DNA from: Pelagomonas calceolata
Taxonomy: Eukaryota
Assembly: GCA_918797485.1 (NCBI GenBank)
Contig: CAKKNE010000005.1
Span: 2,542,001 to 2,606,000 of the forward strand
Direction of reading: 5' to 3'
DNA: 64,000 bases
Positions within the stretch are counted from its first letter, which is position 1. Each line of letters starts with the position of its first letter. Shown here piece after piece: positions 62,308-64,000 of the stretch. The notes below the pieces were generated by a model. The model did no database searches and was not told the origin of the DNA. It was given only the letters and a program-made list of their open reading frames with translations. Position numbers and translations under genes: made by a program.

Positions 62308-62329
62308 CTAGTGACTTACAGACCGCTAG
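62308..62329 (-). promoter_or_regulatory. CTAG-bounded intergenic motif
   Basis: Reverse complement CTAGCGGTCTGTAAGTCACTAG, ~200 nt upstream of the RING-ASADH ATG. Confidence 0.65.
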
Positions 62330-62440
62330 CAAATCGGCAGCGCGCCAGGGTTCAACGCGCGGAGGACGGAGGTGTGGCAGCTCACCGGAGCGCATAAAGC
62401 CACGTCGACAAAACAACAGGCGTCAAAATTCCACAAGAAG

Positions 62441-64000
62441 TTAAAACCCCCCGACCGCGTCCGCGAAGCCGGCCGGCGCCCACGTCGCCAGGGCCCAGGC
62501 GCCGTCGGCCGCGCCGCTCTTCGCCGCCTCGAGCTCGGCGGCCACGGCCTCGAGCTCGTCGGCCTCCAGCGCCACGTCGAGCAACGTGCTCGCGGGCGCC
62601 ACGTCCCGGCGGAAGGAGCACGAGAGCGTGGACGCGAGCGCGACGACGGAACCTGGTGCCGCGGCGCCCAGCGCCGCCGCGTGGCCGCCCGTCGCCAGCA
62701 CGCGCACGCCGAGCGACTGAGGACCGGAAACTAACCGAAACGCCGTCGCGTTCGACGCCGAGGCCTCCCGCGCGAGCAGGGACGCGACGAACGCAGTAGC
62801 TGACGCATCATCATCCAAAAGCCGGTGGCGGTACAACGCCGCGTCGGCGCCGCCGAAAACATACCCAACATGAGTACCACACGCCTGGCACGCCAGCCGC
62901 CGCGCCAGCCGCCCGCCGCACTGCTGGTGGCAGCCCCGCGGCGCCTCGAGCGTCTTCGCGCCGATTTTTAGGAGCGACGTGTCCGCGCCGCAGAGCCGGA
63001 TCGAGCAGCGCCCGACGAAGCGTTCTCCATCAATAGGTACGGTCGCCGCGCTCTGCAGGACGGGCTGGGCCGTGTCGCAGGACAGCGCCGCGGCGACCTC
63101 GTCGGGCTCGAGGTCGCCGTCGCGGACGCGCGCGGTCGCCTCGCGGCGCGGGGCTAGTGGCGCGGAGCAGGCCCTACAGGCCGGTGCCGCCGGCGGTTCT
63201 GTAATTGTGCCGTGGTCCTCAAAAATAACCGTGGCGGCCTCGGCGTCGCGCGCGCCGGGGGCGAGCCGTCTCAATCTAGAATACGGCAGGCGCACGCGTA
63301 GGAATTTCGCGCCGTCCTGTTTGACCTTGGACGCCTGACATTTGTTTGGTTCCAACTGCGCGGGCAGGCGCAGCGTCTCGCGCGTGGTCGGCGAGGCGAG
63401 CTCGACGCGGTCGCCGTCCACGCTCAGCTCGCCGCGGCCGTCGGGCAGCGTGAGCACGAAGGTCCGGATGCCGGGCAGGTGCTCGACGCGGCCGCCGGCG
63501 AAGGTATAGGGCTCTTTGGTTTTTGTTGTTGTCGGCGCGGCGGCCGGCGCGGGCGGCGTCGGTGGGTCGGCCGGCTTCGGCGGCGTTGGCGGAGGCACAG
63601 GCGCGGCGACAGGCGGCGCCGCGGGCGGCGCGGCGCGGGCCAGGGCCTGGCGGGTCGCTTTGGAAGCGAAGCCGCCGACGGCCGCCGCGGCCTTCGGGGG
63701 AGGCGGCGGCGCGACGGTGGCCGACGCGGCAGCTGGAGGCGCCTTCGGGGCCGCGGGCGGCGGCGGCGCGGCGGAAATGGACGGCGCGGCCCAGACGGCC
63801 GCTTCCTTCGCGGCCCAGTCGACGCGGACGACGCGCGGCGCCTCGCAGAGCATCGTACCGGCCCGCGTCTCGAGGCGGCAGCTCAGGACCGTCGGGGAGG
63901 GACACGTCGACCGCGTCGCCGCGCGCTTGTCGCCCTGGCGCCTGTAGTGCGCGCAGGCAGCCGTGGCCTCGGAGAGCGATATTTTGAGGTCCTCTTCCAC
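62441..64000 (-). CDS. Hypothetical protein, 5'-partial; Pro-rich linker and two CxxC pairs (weakly UBE3D/HECT-like E3 region)
   Basis: The ORF is open to the window edge and contains CRACSAPL and LACQACGTHVG. The family assignment is tentative. Confidence 0.55.
   Translation of the reverse strand: MEEDLKISLSEATAACAHYRRQGDKRAATRSTCPSPTVLSCRLETRAGTMLCEAPRVVRVDWAAKEAAVWAAPSISAAPPPPAAPKAPPAAASATVAPPPPPKAAAAVGGFASKATRQALARAAPPAAPPVAAPVPPPTPPKPADPPTPPAPAAAPTTTKTKEPYTFAGGRVEHLPGIRTFVLTLPDGRGELSVDGDRVELASPTTRETLRLPAQLEPNKCQASKVKQDGAKFLRVRLPYSRLRRLAPGARDAEAATVIFEDHGTITEPPAAPACRACSAPLAPRREATARVRDGDLEPDEVAAALSCDTAQPVLQSAATVPIDGERFVGRCSIRLCGADTSLLKIGAKTLEAPRGCHQQCGGRLARRLACQACGTHVGYVFGGADAALYRHRLLDDDASATAFVASLLAREASASNATAFRLVSGPQSLGVRVLATGGHAAALGAAAPGSVVALASTLSCSFRRDVAPASTLLDVALEADELEAVAAELEAAKSGAADGAWALATWAPAGFADAVGGF

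Noticed and set aside
1..64000. Prokaryotic defence systems, rRNA/tRNA genes, autonomous transposases
   Set aside because: None recognised by eye. Gene content (SMC4, kinesin, U-box, spliceosomal introns) is eukaryotic nuclear.

Overview
This is a gene-dense, GC-rich, intron-poor eukaryotic window. It is most likely from a pelagophyte alga (Pelagomonas/Aureococcus-like), inferred from introner-type GC-AG introns and a recognisable repeat-family gene fragment. About 23 genes can be read. The left half is a cell-surface locus. Its centre is a ~23.2 kb minus-strand gene (~7,730 aa once two +1 indels are corrected) encoding a two-membrane-anchored polycystin-like protein: ~70 tandem four-beta-strand repeats arranged as higher-order repeats, Pro/Thr stalks, and REJ plus GAIN/GPS domains. 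It is flanked by two otherwise unrelated Cys-rich proteins, one a FEA1/ISIP2-family phytotransferrin-like protein, that share an ~80%-identical 98-aa C-terminal module I cannot assign. The right half carries mostly housekeeping genes: GYF, DnaJ, alpha/beta hydrolase, Mpv17, kinesin, GPC1, DTW, U-box, SMC4, nucleoredoxin, FMC1, ankyrin, multicopper oxidase and a RING-CH/ASADH fusion. A CTAG-bounded 20-24 nt motif (CTAGCG..TGTAAGRCAC(AC)TAG) recurs about 11 times, almost always in 5' intergenic regions, and a second 24-nt motif sits in two convergent 3' regions. All calls were made by eye from motifs; no searches were run.
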